The notes under the pieces are model-generated. The model saw only the letters and a program-made list of their open reading frames with translations. It was not told the DNA's origin and made no database searches. From an uncultured Collinsella sp. (lineage in GTDB: Bacteria > Actinomycetota > Coriobacteriia > Coriobacteriales > Coriobacteriaceae), in contig CAADUO010000042.1 in NCBI GenBank assembly GCA_900752215.1, forward strand, positions 486-64,485: a DNA stretch of 64,000 nucleotides, read 5' to 3'. The number at the start of each line of letters is the position of its first letter. Position 1 is the stretch's first letter. A program made the translations under genes and the position numbers. Below, piece after piece: positions 29,764 to 39,958 of the stretch.

Positions 29764-30906
29764 CTAGCGTATCTGAACGCCGGCTTTCTTCTTCTCGCGC
29801 TTTACGCGGTAGAGCTCCGCATCGGCAGCGCGAAGTAAGTCTTGCCAGGTATCGACACTATCGCCGACCCGCGCGTAACCGATGGACATCCGCAACGCAT
29901 ACGGCACCTCGGCACGAGCGAGCTCGTCGTCAATCGCCGAACACAGGTCTATGATGTCCTGTTCCGCCGCTGCCTTTTGGAGCACCACGAACTCATCGCC
30001 ACCATAGCGTGCGATAAAGCCACCAGACGCCGAGCAGACTTCTTTGAGCGCAGCGGATATGACCTGAAGAGCGTGGTCGCCCTCCACATGCCCATAGCGA
30101 TCGTTAATCTGCTTAAAGCCATCAGCGTCCATCATAAGCAGATATACATCTTCGGCCTGATCCACATTTGAAAAGAGCGACAGCATATAGGTCTCAAAAC
30201 GGTTGCGGTTGTTGAGTCCAGTCAACGGGTCAGTAGAGATCAGTTGCTCCTGATAGACGATATAGAGCAGCAGGATGCTCAGCGTTATACCGACGCAAAG
30301 GCCCGGTACCGAAAACAAAACCTGGAAGGTACCGCCCACCAGAGCGGGAACCGCAAAAAAGGCGAGGGTGCGATAAATGGCCTTCTTTTGCAGGCTTTCG
30401 ACTTTTCGAGCCTGAATAAAGGCATGCAAGGACGTATATATGACGTAGCAGTAGCTCACGATGGGCTGGATCATATAAGCAAAGCCGCGACGATATACGC
30501 CCTGTGCATCGATATAGAACATAGCGTGCGTCCAGTAGCTGGTAAATGCCAGCACGACCACCAATGCTGTTGGCAACGTTAAAAGTACCACCCTGTAGGG
30601 CGTGGTCAGGAGCCGTGAGCCCTGCATCGTCTCGGAATAGAAAAACCAAATGAGGCACGCGATGGCGAACAGCGAAAACGAGACCGCGTTGGAAATCCAG
30701 TTGGCCGTGATGCCTACAGGAGTGCTTACGCCGTCCGAGAGCGTCCAGATCATATCGAAGAAAATGTAGGCAGCAGACGTGTAGCCCAGCATGCTAAACA
30801 AAAGCTGCTGGGTGCTCGAGAACAGGGAGCGACGGCTTCGTACGGCAAGCCCGATAAGAATAATCATGCACAGCAGGAATATCTCGATCTTGAGTGCCTT
30901 AATCAC
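29764..30906 (-). CDS. Membrane-bound GGDEF diguanylate cyclase
   Basis: About 7 N-terminal TM segments; DPLTGLNNR, D.DGFKQIND.YGH.EGD, RYGGDEF, SIG; GTG start after GGAGG. Confidence 0.9.
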   Translation of the reverse strand: MIKALKIEIFLLCMIILIGLAVRSRRSLFSSTQQLLFSMLGYTSAAYIFFDMIWTLSDGVSTPVGITANWISNAVSFSLFAIACLIWFFYSETMQGSRLLTTPYRVVLLTLPTALVVVLAFTSYWTHAMFYIDAQGVYRRGFAYMIQPIVSYCYVIYTSLHAFIQARKVESLQKKAIYRTLAFFAVPALVGGTFQVLFSVPGLCVGITLSILLLYIVYQEQLISTDPLTGLNNRNRFETYMLSLFSNVDQAEDVYLLMMDADGFKQINDRYGHVEGDHALQVISAALKEVCSASGGFIARYGGDEFVVLQKAAAEQDIIDLCSAIDDELARAEVPYALRMSIGYARVGDSVDTWQDLLRAADAELYRVKREKKKAGVQIR

Positions 30907-31096
30907 TAGACGCCCTCCCTTCAATATCCAAGTGGCCAGAATCGCCCGAGTCGCGCCCAGGCGCCAAACACCCCTTTCTCCGCAGGGGTAAAGGGAATCA
31001 TAGCAGAGCGCCCGAACGTCACTGCAGAACAGCCACCGTTCGGGCGCCCATACGGCGCGAATTGCACACGCCGGCTTGATTGACTCGCGTCGACGA

Positions 31097-32119
31097 TTAC
31101 TCGCCGTCGATGTCGGTCGCGACGGCCTCCTCAATAGCCTCGACGCCTTCGACCGACAGATCCTCTTCGCCGTGGCAGAACTTCTTATCGACCCAGCCGG
31201 TCAGAATCGGGGCCATGATTGCCGTGATGATGACGGCGGTGGCGATCTGCGCATACGCGGTGGGCGCAAGCTCGGCATAGCGTGGCGCGACCTCGGCAAG
31301 AGCAACCGGCGTGGTCATAGCCGTGCCGGCGATGGTGGAGCAGGCAACGGCGGCCTTGCCGTTGCCGCCGCACAAGCGCTCGAAGGCAAAGGTGATGGGG
31401 CCAACGATAAAGAGGGTGATGAGGCCCAGCAGGATGCCCGAGATACCGCCGGTGATAAAGCTCGACAGGCTCATGGACGCACCGAGTTGAAATCCGATGA
31501 CAGCGATCGCGGGATTGGCGCCGGGGACCAGCAGGTTCTTGATAAACGGGAACAAGTTGCCCAGGACCATGCCGATAACAAGCGGCAGGATGGATCCGAT
31601 GATGGTGCCGACGGGGATATTGGCGAGACCCGAGACACCGAGGATGATCATCGTGACGGCGGGGCCGGCCGTAAAGAACAGGATACCGACAGCGCCCTGC
31701 TCGGACTCATCGCCGAACTCGCCCATGATGCCCGTATAGAGTGCCATGTTGCAAAACGTAATGCCGCCGATGATAGACACGGAGCTCAGACCCAGGAAGT
31801 TGTCGTTAAAGAAATATGCCACTCCTAGGCCGAGAGTCGCTGCGACGACCAGCTTGGGAATTAGTACGACGATGCCGGCCTTGATGGCGCCCGGCGTGGA
31901 CTTAAAGCTGATGCCGGCGCCCACAAACAGCAGGATCGCGGCGACGATGGTATTGGAGCCACCGCGGCAGGCAGCCGTAAAGAAGCCGCCGATCTCAAAA
32001 ACCTGCGGGCAGAAGGTGTTGAGCAAAAGACCGACGATCATCGGATAGATCATGATGTCGCCCGGGATGCGCGGGACCCTGAACTTCTTTTGCTCGTTGG
32101 CGGCTGCTTCCTGTGCCAT
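31097..32119 (-). CDS. kdgT: 2-keto-3-deoxygluconate permease family transporter
   Basis: RIPG..MIYPM..G..LNTF.P, IGGFFT, GPAVTMI, PLVIGM.LGNL, AQIATAVIITAI. Confidence 0.8.
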   Translation of the reverse strand: MAQEAAANEQKKFRVPRIPGDIMIYPMIVGLLLNTFCPQVFEIGGFFTAACRGGSNTIVAAILLFVGAGISFKSTPGAIKAGIVVLIPKLVVAATLGLGVAYFFNDNFLGLSSVSIIGGITFCNMALYTGIMGEFGDESEQGAVGILFFTAGPAVTMIILGVSGLANIPVGTIIGSILPLVIGMVLGNLFPFIKNLLVPGANPAIAVIGFQLGASMSLSSFITGGISGILLGLITLFIVGPITFAFERLCGGNGKAAVACSTIAGTAMTTPVALAEVAPRYAELAPTAYAQIATAVIITAIMAPILTGWVDKKFCHGEEDLSVEGVEAIEEAVATDIDGE

Positions 32120-32269
32120 GAAACCCCCATTTCCGCTGACGGAGTACAAAAGCCCACGTCACGCTTTGCTACAGTAAAGTTTGACCATGGTACCAGAAGA
32201 AATAGACCAGCTCGGTGAAAAAATCGACAAGTTGGGATGGAACGAGATTCGGCGCCCGCGACGCCACCC

Positions 32270-32593
32270 CTATATAAGGCTCAAGACGATATAGAGTACG
32301 ATGCCTGAGACGCAGCACCACAGCATCGATTTTGTCTTGACCGCCACGACCACGACGCCGGCGGCCGCAATCCAGGGAACCAAGGCAGGCCAGAGTCCCG
32401 CGTCGAACGCGCCGGGGCTCACCAAGTCGTTGGCGACCAGCGCGGCAAAGGCAGCGGGCGGGATATAGCCCAGGGCCTCGGTAATGCGGGGCGACAGGGT
32501 CCGCCCGCGCAAGGCGAACGCCGGCGCGATGCGAAAGAACGCGATAGCAGCCCACGACGACAGCCACAGAACCAAGAACTCGTTAACGGGCAT
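32270..32593 (-). CDS. azlD: AzlD-family branched-chain amino acid exporter, small subunit
   Basis: R..P...L....L, L.YIPPAAFAALV; overlaps the azlC stop; start MPVNEF at 32593. Confidence 0.8.
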   Translation of the reverse strand: MPVNEFLVLWLSSWAAIAFFRIAPAFALRGRTLSPRITEALGYIPPAAFAALVANDLVSPGAFDAGLWPALVPWIAAAGVVVVAVKTKSMLWCCVSGIVLYIVLSLI

Positions 32594-33275
32594 CGCGGGC
32601 ACCTCTTCCGTCAAATACAGCATCGCACGCCAGCGCAATGGCAATGCCGGCCACGACGCTTGCCGGCACGGCAATATTCGCGAGGCCCAAGAACTTGCAT
32701 ACGGCGACGGACACCGCGCCCGAAACCGCCGCGACAACGTTGCCGCGCGACAGTCGCTGCGAAAAGAGCAGGCAGATAAAAAGCGATGTGCAGACAAAGG
32801 CTGCAATGGCGGTGGGAACATCGACAACGGCGCCGACGATGGCGCCCGTCGTACACGAAACGCCCCATGTTGCGATGAGGATCGCATTGAGCACAAAGGA
32901 CTCGCGCGGGCCCCAATCCTCCCCCTCAATCAGCTTGGCAAGCGAGATGCCATATGCCTCCTCGGTAAGTGTCGCGGCAACAGCCAGCGTCTGACGCTTC
33001 GAGGCACCCCTCAGATGCGGCGCGATCGATGCCGAGTAAAGCGCAAAGCGCGAGGAGATGGCGGCAACGCTCGCGATAATCGAAGGTGCCGGTACGCCCG
33101 CCAGCCAAAGGTTGCAGATCATAAACTGGCCGCTGCCCGTCACAAACGTGCTGCTCAGGGCAAAGACCATCCAGGGTTCCATTCCCGTCTGCCCCATGAT
33201 CATTCCGCACGGCGCGCCTATTGCAACATAGGTAAGCATCACTGGCCAGACGGTTCTAACGATTTTGAGCACCAT
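32583..33275 (-). CDS. azlC: AzlC-family branched-chain amino acid exporter
   Basis: PVML.YV.IG..CG, GSGQF, R..LYS, LTEEAY, W...C..G. Confidence 0.82.
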   Translation of the reverse strand: MVLKIVRTVWPVMLTYVAIGAPCGMIMGQTGMEPWMVFALSSTFVTGSGQFMICNLWLAGVPAPSIIASVAAISSRFALYSASIAPHLRGASKRQTLAVAATLTEEAYGISLAKLIEGEDWGPRESFVLNAILIATWGVSCTTGAIVGAVVDVPTAIAAFVCTSLFICLLFSQRLSRGNVVAAVSGAVSVAVCKFLGLANIAVPASVVAGIAIALACDAVFDGRGARDAR

Positions 33276-33401
33276 ACGCTTCTCATCCTGACAAGGTCTC
33301 CGAACCGCATGTAGCGACACGGCAGAATCATCATCCGACAGCAACCGAGTTCACCTACAATTGCCACCGGATCGAAAGACACAACTTTTTAGGAAGTCAT
33401 T

Positions 33402-34214
33402 ATGACAGCTATCGATCGAGACCGGGCGCGCGCGGCCTTCAAAAGCTACACCGATGCCTATGATGCCGCCAACCCACGCATCGCGCTCAAAATCGAGCAT
33501 ACGTACCACGTGGCCGAGGCATGCGATGCCGTAGCGCGCGAGCAGGGCTGGTCGTCAGAAGATATTGACCTGGCATGGCTTTGCGGCCTGCTACACGATA
33601 TGGGCCGCTTTGAGCAGCTGCGACGCTGGGACACCTTTAAGGACGCCGAGAGCATGAGCCATGCGGCGCTGGGCATCGAGGTCCTCTTTGGCGAGAATCC
33701 CGCCGATGCACCCGCCGTAACAAGCATCCGCGACTTTATCGATGACCCGGCAGAAGATGAGCTCATCCGAGCGAGCATTGCCTATCACAGCGATTTCCGT
33801 CTACCCGCGCAGCTCGACGTGCGCATGCGAAGCTTCTGCGATATCGTGCGCGATGGTGACAAGATCGACATTATGCGCACCATCGCCGACAGCACCGTCG
33901 ACACCATCCTCAAGGTGGACGAGAAGACGTTTCTCGGCAGTCGTTTCTCGTCGCCGACACTTGTCGCCTTTGACGAGCACCGCTGCGTCGCACGCGATGA
34001 ACGCGACGAGTCCGCAGACTACCTGGTGGGACTCATCTGCTTTATGTTTGAGCTCGTCTATCCAGCAAGCCGCGCGCTGGCGCGCGAACAGGGCGATATC
34101 CACCGCCTGCTCGACGCGCCCTTTGGCATTACGCGACCCTTTACCGACCCCGCCACGCAGGCAACCTGGAGCCGTCTAAAGGACGAGATGCGCGACTGGC
34201 TAGCGCGTGCCTAG
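33402..34214 (+). CDS. HD-domain phosphohydrolase
   Basis: LKIEHT..V, GLLHDMGRFEQ, SHA, IAYH, VRDGDKIDI. Confidence 0.85.
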   Translation: MTAIDRDRARAAFKSYTDAYDAANPRIALKIEHTYHVAEACDAVAREQGWSSEDIDLAWLCGLLHDMGRFEQLRRWDTFKDAESMSHAALGIEVLFGENPADAPAVTSIRDFIDDPAEDELIRASIAYHSDFRLPAQLDVRMRSFCDIVRDGDKIDIMRTIADSTVDTILKVDEKTFLGSRFSSPTLVAFDEHRCVARDERDESADYLVGLICFMFELVYPASRALAREQGDIHRLLDAPFGITRPFTDPATQATWSRLKDEMRDWLARA

Positions 34215-35416
34215 CGCCCAAGCTGGGCCAGCAGTTCCTCGACGACCTCGACGGCGTCCCCAACAACCTTGTACTGGGCAGCACCAAAAATGGGGGCATC
34301 CGGGTCCTCGTTGATGGCGATAATGCACTCCGCCCCACCGATGCCGGCAAGATGCTGGATGGCGCCCGAAACACCGATACTCACGAGAAGCTTGGGCGAA
34401 ACCGATACGCCGGTCTGGCCAATCTGATGGCGATACTCCAACCAGCCGGCCTCCACGACAGGTCGCGTGCAACCAAGCTCGGCTCCCAGAGCCTCGGCGA
34501 GCCTTCGCATCAGGGGCAGATTCTTCTTGGAGCCAATGCCGCGGCCCACCACGACCAAGCGCTCGGCATCGGCGATCGAGGCCTGCTGCCTCCGCTCCTC
34601 GGCGGGAATCGAGATCTCGACACGAGCCTTAGCATCATCCGCAAGCGATATCTGGGTGATCGTGCCGGAGCGGTCGTAGTCAAAGTCGGGCGCCTTAAAG
34701 ATGCCGGGACGAACCGTTGCCATCTGGGGACGATGATTGGGGCAGACGATGGTGGCCATCAGGTTGCCGCCAAACGCCGGACGCGTCTGTTGCAGCAGTC
34801 CCGTCTCCGTATCCATCGAAAGTACGGTGCAGTCAGCCGTAAGGCCCGTCTGCAAGCGCACGGCAACGCCGGGTGCCAGTTCGCGGCCAAAAGCGGTCGC
34901 ACCGTATAGGATGGCCTCGGGTTTGCGTTCGGCTACCAAATCGCAGATCAAGCGGGCGTAGACCTCCGCATCGTTTTGGCGCAGGCGCTCGTCGCGACAG
35001 GCCAGGACTTCGTCGGCGCCCGCGCAAACCAGATGCTCCAGGTCGCCGAGAGAACCCTCGGGACCCATACCGACCAGTGCCACCAGACGGCAACCGCGCG
35101 CATCGGCAAGCTCGCGGCCCTTGCCCATAAGCTCATAGGCAACGGGAGTCACTGTATCGTGCTCGTCGGTCTGCGCGAATACCCAAATGTCTCGATACGC
35201 ATCAAGGTCCACCGCACCAGCGGCCTCATCACGCTCGATCGAGATAGCGTTGACAGGGCAGGCGTCGACGCACCCACCGCATAGGATGCAGCCGTCGGTT
35301 ACGTGGGCGCATCGGTTGGGTCGCTCGCCTTCCACTACGATGCCGCCCGAAGCACAGGCGCGAACGCAGCGACCGCAGCCGATACAGGCTTCGCTATCGA
35401 TAATCAGTCCGCTCAT
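34211..35416 (-). CDS. etfA: Electron transfer flavoprotein alpha subunit with N-terminal 2x[4Fe-4S] ferredoxin domain
   Basis: CIGCGRCVRAC and CILCGGCVDACP; GLTADCT, RPAFGGN, QIGQTG, GVSGAIQH. Confidence 0.93.
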   Translation of the reverse strand: MSGLIIDSEACIGCGRCVRACASGGIVVEGERPNRCAHVTDGCILCGGCVDACPVNAISIERDEAAGAVDLDAYRDIWVFAQTDEHDTVTPVAYELMGKGRELADARGCRLVALVGMGPEGSLGDLEHLVCAGADEVLACRDERLRQNDAEVYARLICDLVAERKPEAILYGATAFGRELAPGVAVRLQTGLTADCTVLSMDTETGLLQQTRPAFGGNLMATIVCPNHRPQMATVRPGIFKAPDFDYDRSGTITQISLADDAKARVEISIPAEERRQQASIADAERLVVVGRGIGSKKNLPLMRRLAEALGAELGCTRPVVEAGWLEYRHQIGQTGVSVSPKLLVSIGVSGAIQHLAGIGGAECIIAINEDPDAPIFGAAQYKVVGDAVEVVEELLAQLGR

Positions 35417-36238
35417 CTATGCCATCCCCTCGATAATCTTGGCAAGCTTTGCCGCCTGCTCGGACGCCGTCCCCTCAACGGCCTCGCACGTTTGGTCACG
35501 GTCGGGCATAAACGAGCGCACGACCTGTGTCGGCGACCCGGCAAGACCGCAACGCGCAGGGTCGGCGTTCACGTCGGCGGCACTGACCACGCGCACGTCC
35601 GCCTCCTCCGCCGCGCGAATACCGGCAATACTCGGCATACGCAACTGGCCAATCTCCTTGGCAGTCGTCATCGCGCACGGCATCTCAAGACACACCGTCT
35701 CCTCGCCGGCATCGCATCCGTGAACGAGCGCCAGCGAGCCACACGTCGTAAAGCCCGCGCTCTGCACGCAGCTCACGTCGGTCACGCAGGGAATCTCAAA
35801 GGCACCGGCAAGCTCGGGACCGATCTGGGCCGTATCGCCATCCACCGCCATCTTGCCGCAGATGAGCAGGTCGAAGTCCTCGTCGAGCGCTTCGATGCCG
35901 CACTTGAGGGCATAGGTGGTGGCTAGGGTATCGGCGCCCGCAAAGGCTCGGTCGGTCAGCAGCAGCGCGTCGTCGGCACCTCGAGCGATGCAGTCGCGCA
36001 GCAGCGATTCGGTCGCGGGGATGCCCATCGACACCACCGTCACGCGCACATCCATGCCAAAGCCGATAAACTCGTCCTTCAGCGCCAGCGCGCATTCCAA
36101 AGCACTCGCGTCAAAGGGATTAATGACCGCCTGCTTGCCATCGCGCACGATGGTATTGGTCTTGGGGTCCATCTTGACCTCGGTGCTGCCCGGCACCGCC
36201 TTGACGCACACCACCGTATGGAAATCGCTCATCTTCAC
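35417..36238 (-). CDS. etfB: Electron transfer flavoprotein beta subunit
   Basis: VCVKAVP, INPFD, SMG, DRAFAGADTLAT, CGKMAVDGDTAQIGP, GLAGSPTQV. Confidence 0.93.
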   Translation of the reverse strand: MKMSDFHTVVCVKAVPGSTEVKMDPKTNTIVRDGKQAVINPFDASALECALALKDEFIGFGMDVRVTVVSMGIPATESLLRDCIARGADDALLLTDRAFAGADTLATTYALKCGIEALDEDFDLLICGKMAVDGDTAQIGPELAGAFEIPCVTDVSCVQSAGFTTCGSLALVHGCDAGEETVCLEMPCAMTTAKEIGQLRMPSIAGIRAAEEADVRVVSAADVNADPARCGLAGSPTQVVRSFMPDRDQTCEAVEGTASEQAAKLAKIIEGMA

Positions 36239-37836
36239 GCGCCCCCTTTCTGGACGAGCTCATCCAAGAGCTTCTCCGAAAACAGGTTGCCACGACCCAG
36301 CTGCCCGTCGGGATCGAGCTGGAGTTTAAGCCGCGCCGACTCGACCATGGCCTCGTGACCGTACATCGTCTCTAAGAAGCCCGCCTTGATCTTGCCGACG
36401 CCGTGCTCGGCAGAAACGGCACCGCCCATAGCCGTTACCTCCGCAGCCCACTGGGCAAACAGCTCGCCACCGCGACGGTAGTCCTGCGCATCGCGCGGCA
36501 GGATGTTCACATGCAGATGGTTGTTACCGATGTGTCCCCAGGCAGCAGACTCAAGTCCGCTTTCCGCCAGCGTACGGCGATAGAGGGCCACGACATCGGC
36601 AAGACGTGCATTGGGCACCGACATGTCCGAGCCCAACTTGGTGATGGTGGGATCCGTGCGGCGGCGCTCGTCGATAAGCATGTTGACGCTCTCGGGCACC
36701 GCATGGCGGAAGAATCGCTGACACTCGCGATCGACCTCGGTGCGCGCGACCCATGTCGCATCGTCGCTGCCGCCCGCAAGCTCTAGTACCCACCCCAAGT
36801 GATACAGTTCCTCGGTCGCCTGGGCCTCGTCATCGCAGTCGAGCTCCACGTAGACACAGACCTTGGCCTCTTTGTCGAGCGCCGGCAGCGAGGCAAACGC
36901 CGTCGACTGCTCGCGCTGGCGACGCAGGATATCCAGAGCACCAGCGTCGAAGTACTCGATGGCAGCCGCATGGGACAGGACGGGGCGCACGGAATCGGTA
37001 AAGGACACGGCCTTGTCTTCGCTATCGAAAAAGCAGCTCACACCCCAAACGACCGCAGGCGCCGCCTGCAGGGCAATCTCGAGCTCGGTGATAACGCCGA
37101 GCGTGCCGCAAGCACCGATAAAGAGGTCGATGGCGTCCATTTCGTCCGCGACGAAATAGCCTGAGGCATTTTTTGTCTTGGGCATGGTGTAGTCAGGAAG
37201 ATCGAGCTCGAGTGCACGGCCCGCTGCCGTCACGAGCGACAGGTGGCGGCCCTGGGCAAAAGCCTCGCCGCGCTGAAGCTCAAGCAAATCGCCATCAGCC
37301 AGCGCGACGTGGAGTCCCGTGATATGCAGGCGCATGGGGCCGTAAGCGTAGCTGCGGGCGCCGGAGGCGTTGCATGCCGCCATGCCGCCCAGACAGGCAG
37401 ATGCCTCGGTGGGATCGGTGGGAAAGAACTGCTCGGGGGCCTCTTGAAACTCATCGTAGGCCTTAAGCGATGCCTGGTCCCAGCCAGCGGCCGGCAGCAC
37501 CTTCTTGCCCAGCTGCTTGCGCAGCTCCGAGAGCACAACGCCCGGCTCCACGCGCAGCAGAAATTGGCCTTGTTCATCGCGGCGAAGGCCCAAGTAGCGA
37601 TTCATACGGGAAGTATTGAGGATATGCCCGCCGTGGGGCACGGCACCGGCGGCAAGGCCGGTTCGGGCGCCCTGAACCGTTACCGGGACACGCTCGGCAT
37701 GGAGCTTTTCCAAAATGGCACGGACCTCGTCTTCCGTTGTCGGAAACGAGATGCTCGAGGCCTCGCCCGATGCGCGAGACTCATCGCGACCATACTCTTC
37801 GAACTCGTCGGTGAAGGGTTTGATGGTTGCAGACAC
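36235..37836 (-). CDS. FAD-linked oxidoreductase, D-lactate/glycolate dehydrogenase (LctD/GlcD-like)
   Basis: QGARTGL.AGAVP, LGGMAACNASG, KNASGY, GTLGVITE, GHIGNNHLH.N, SAEHGVGKIK. Confidence 0.88.
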   Translation of the reverse strand: MSATIKPFTDEFEEYGRDESRASGEASSISFPTTEDEVRAILEKLHAERVPVTVQGARTGLAAGAVPHGGHILNTSRMNRYLGLRRDEQGQFLLRVEPGVVLSELRKQLGKKVLPAAGWDQASLKAYDEFQEAPEQFFPTDPTEASACLGGMAACNASGARSYAYGPMRLHITGLHVALADGDLLELQRGEAFAQGRHLSLVTAAGRALELDLPDYTMPKTKNASGYFVADEMDAIDLFIGACGTLGVITELEIALQAAPAVVWGVSCFFDSEDKAVSFTDSVRPVLSHAAAIEYFDAGALDILRRQREQSTAFASLPALDKEAKVCVYVELDCDDEAQATEELYHLGWVLELAGGSDDATWVARTEVDRECQRFFRHAVPESVNMLIDERRRTDPTITKLGSDMSVPNARLADVVALYRRTLAESGLESAAWGHIGNNHLHVNILPRDAQDYRRGGELFAQWAAEVTAMGGAVSAEHGVGKIKAGFLETMYGHEAMVESARLKLQLDPDGQLGRGNLFSEKLLDELVQKGGA

Positions 37837-38183
37837 GCGAACTCCCCCTTTAGCTAACTACAGTGTTTGCAGGGAGATGTTACCGCATCGTTTCGTCGAC
37901 GTGTTCGAGACCGTCTCCATAATTGGCGATTTTTACGTTCGTGCAATTCGGCGAACGGCAAGGCTTCCTCGGCAGACGATGCTTTTGACACATATGGCCC
38001 CGCCGTCGCCGACCGCGCGATTGTCGCTCGAAAAAAAGTTGGAGTATTTTTTGCCGCCTTTTACCTGCGGAGACACCAATCCGTCAAGCATTTGGTCAGG
38101 AATTGGTCAAGTAGCGGCTGATACGGTCGGCGTCGACAGCCAAAACCGATAGAAGTTTTGGCCCCAGAAGCAGGGAGGTTCCC

Positions 38184-38480
38184 ATGGCATATTACTGGCC
38201 CCAGTACGGCATCGCCATCGAAGTCGACGACGATCCCCATCTCCTGCCTTTCGACGAAGAGGCATTCCCCGATACGACGGTCTACCACGTTACCACCGAT
38301 GTGATCTGCGACCCCGAGTCGTTCTCGGCGCTCGCCCACCACATCGCGCATATCCACGACATCGAGCTCCCTCCCGACTTCGACGAGCTCGTCTACTCGC
38401 GCCGTCTGATACTTCACATGCTCTTTGGAGCGGACCCGTCCACCTTTGCGCGCATCTATACCGCCAAGGATGCCGCATGA
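38184..38480 (+). CDS. Hypothetical protein (N-terminus resembles a degenerate DUF559/PD-(D/E)xK segment)
   Basis: Strong SD GGGAGG; YWP..GIAIEVD motif; ATGA overlap with the next gene. Confidence 0.6.
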   Translation: MAYYWPQYGIAIEVDDDPHLLPFDEEAFPDTTVYHVTTDVICDPESFSALAHHIAHIHDIELPPDFDELVYSRRLILHMLFGADPSTFARIYTAKDAA

Positions 38481-38986
38481 GCGCGAAGAAGCCACCCCAC
38501 TTTGCAGGCCTGGGGCATCGCAGGAAGCTCATCGTTGCCTGCCTGGCCATCGTCTGTGCCCTTGTCGCCGTAGGACTATACGCTTGGCAGTCGCAGCCCG
38601 TACCCGAGGCGGGCGCTTCGGTCACGACGGCCGAGGGCAAAACGCGCCGGGAAATCCAAGATGAGCTCGACGCCATCGTCCGCGACAACATGATGACGAT
38701 TTCGGTCGCGCCGGTCGCTCAGCTGCAGGAGGACGGCAAGCTGCGCGTCAACGTGCAAAACGTCCAAGACAATAAATTTCCCCAGCGATTCCGCGTCATC
38801 CAAAACGACGAGACCATGTACGAATCCGGTGTGGTCGAGACCGGCAAGACAATCGAGACGTGCCCCGCCGGCGACATCAAAGAAGGCGAGGCGTACATCG
38901 AGATCCAGGCACTCGATGCCAAGACCCTCGACAGCCACGGCAATCCGACACGTGTCAAGGTACGAGTTGAGCAAGCCGAGAACTAG
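38477..38986 (+). CDS. Membrane-anchored extracellular beta-rich hypothetical protein
   Basis: Basic N-terminus plus one TM helix; N..DN.F...F......MYESG....G..I pattern. Confidence 0.75.
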   Translation: MSAKKPPHFAGLGHRRKLIVACLAIVCALVAVGLYAWQSQPVPEAGASVTTAEGKTRREIQDELDAIVRDNMMTISVAPVAQLQEDGKLRVNVQNVQDNKFPQRFRVIQNDETMYESGVVETGKTIETCPAGDIKEGEAYIEIQALDAKTLDSHGNPTRVKVRVEQAEN

Positions 38987-39075
38987 CCTTCCGGCCGACG
39001 CGGCACCGCATGCAATTCACCAGCATTCGTCCAATCATCGCGGGGACGGCCCGCGGCGAATAGAAAGGAACGACC

Positions 39076-39675
39076 ATGGACATCACCAGGAACATGAACG
39101 GAGTCAGAGCGCTCGTCGTGGGCACAGGGCTCGCGCTCGCGCTCGCAATGGGCGCCGCCCCGACGCCAGCTATGGCAGCCGGGCGCGTTGGAACCACGAA
39201 GGTAATGGTCAGGACCGAGATCGACAACGTTGAGTTCAAAGTTCCGACGGTTATTCCCTTCGTCGCCAAGGCCGACGGCACGCTTCAGGGCCCCTCAGAA
39301 GACGCGACCACCATCGACAATCATTCGGCCTACGGCATCCATGTCACCAACATGAAGATCGACGCCATGAACACCTGGACCATTGCCGCCGACGCCAAGG
39401 CCGGAACCGCGCAGAACTCCATCGACTTTAAGGTCGGCCCCGACGGCGCGCTCCAGAACGCCAGCGCCGCAATGCAGGGGACGGGCCTCGATCTTTCCAA
39501 GAATGCAGCCTTCGACATGGGCTACCAGGGCATTGCCGGCGGCACGGACAAAATCAAGCTCAAGACAAGCGGAAACGTCGCTCGCTTCACGCGCGACATC
39601 TTCCGCGTAACCGGCGAAGGCGATCAGGTTGCGACGATCACCTGGACGGTCGAGCCCGGTGCGCACACGGCATAA
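39076..39675 (+). CDS. Secreted WxL-like cell-surface protein
   Basis: Signal peptide ending AMA; internal WTI and C-terminal ATITWTV; SD GAAAGGA. Confidence 0.65.
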   Translation: MDITRNMNGVRALVVGTGLALALAMGAAPTPAMAAGRVGTTKVMVRTEIDNVEFKVPTVIPFVAKADGTLQGPSEDATTIDNHSAYGIHVTNMKIDAMNTWTIAADAKAGTAQNSIDFKVGPDGALQNASAAMQGTGLDLSKNAAFDMGYQGIAGGTDKIKLKTSGNVARFTRDIFRVTGEGDQVATITWTVEPGAHTA

Positions 39676-39940
39676 GGCCGTCGCCCTGGCCGCCGCCGTC
39701 AGCATCTTAGCGTTTGGGCCAGCCATGGCCTTTGCCCAGCAAGAACAGGCGCAGGCCGCCACGCAAGTGACGGTCGACCTCTCGGAGCTCGACCGCGACG
39801 ACCGCGAGGAACCGTTGGCGCAGACAGGCGACAGACGATGGCTCTTGGCAGCAGGCGCCACAGCAGCAGGCGCAGGAACCGCCGGCCTCGGTCTGCACAT
39901 CAAACGCAGCCAGAAACAAAACACGGACAGGCCGCACTAA
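39659..39940 (+). CDS. Small sortase-anchored protein (LAQTG sorting signal)
   Basis: Signal peptide (AFA) then about 30 residues, EPLAQTGD, a hydrophobic stretch and basic tail KRSQK; GTG start uncertain. Confidence 0.65.
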   Translation: MRTRHKAVALAAAVSILAFGPAMAFAQQEQAQAATQVTVDLSELDRDDREEPLAQTGDRRWLLAAGATAAGAGTAGLGLHIKRSQKQNTDRPH

Positions 39941-39958
39941 ATTAGCTAAGGAGACCCC

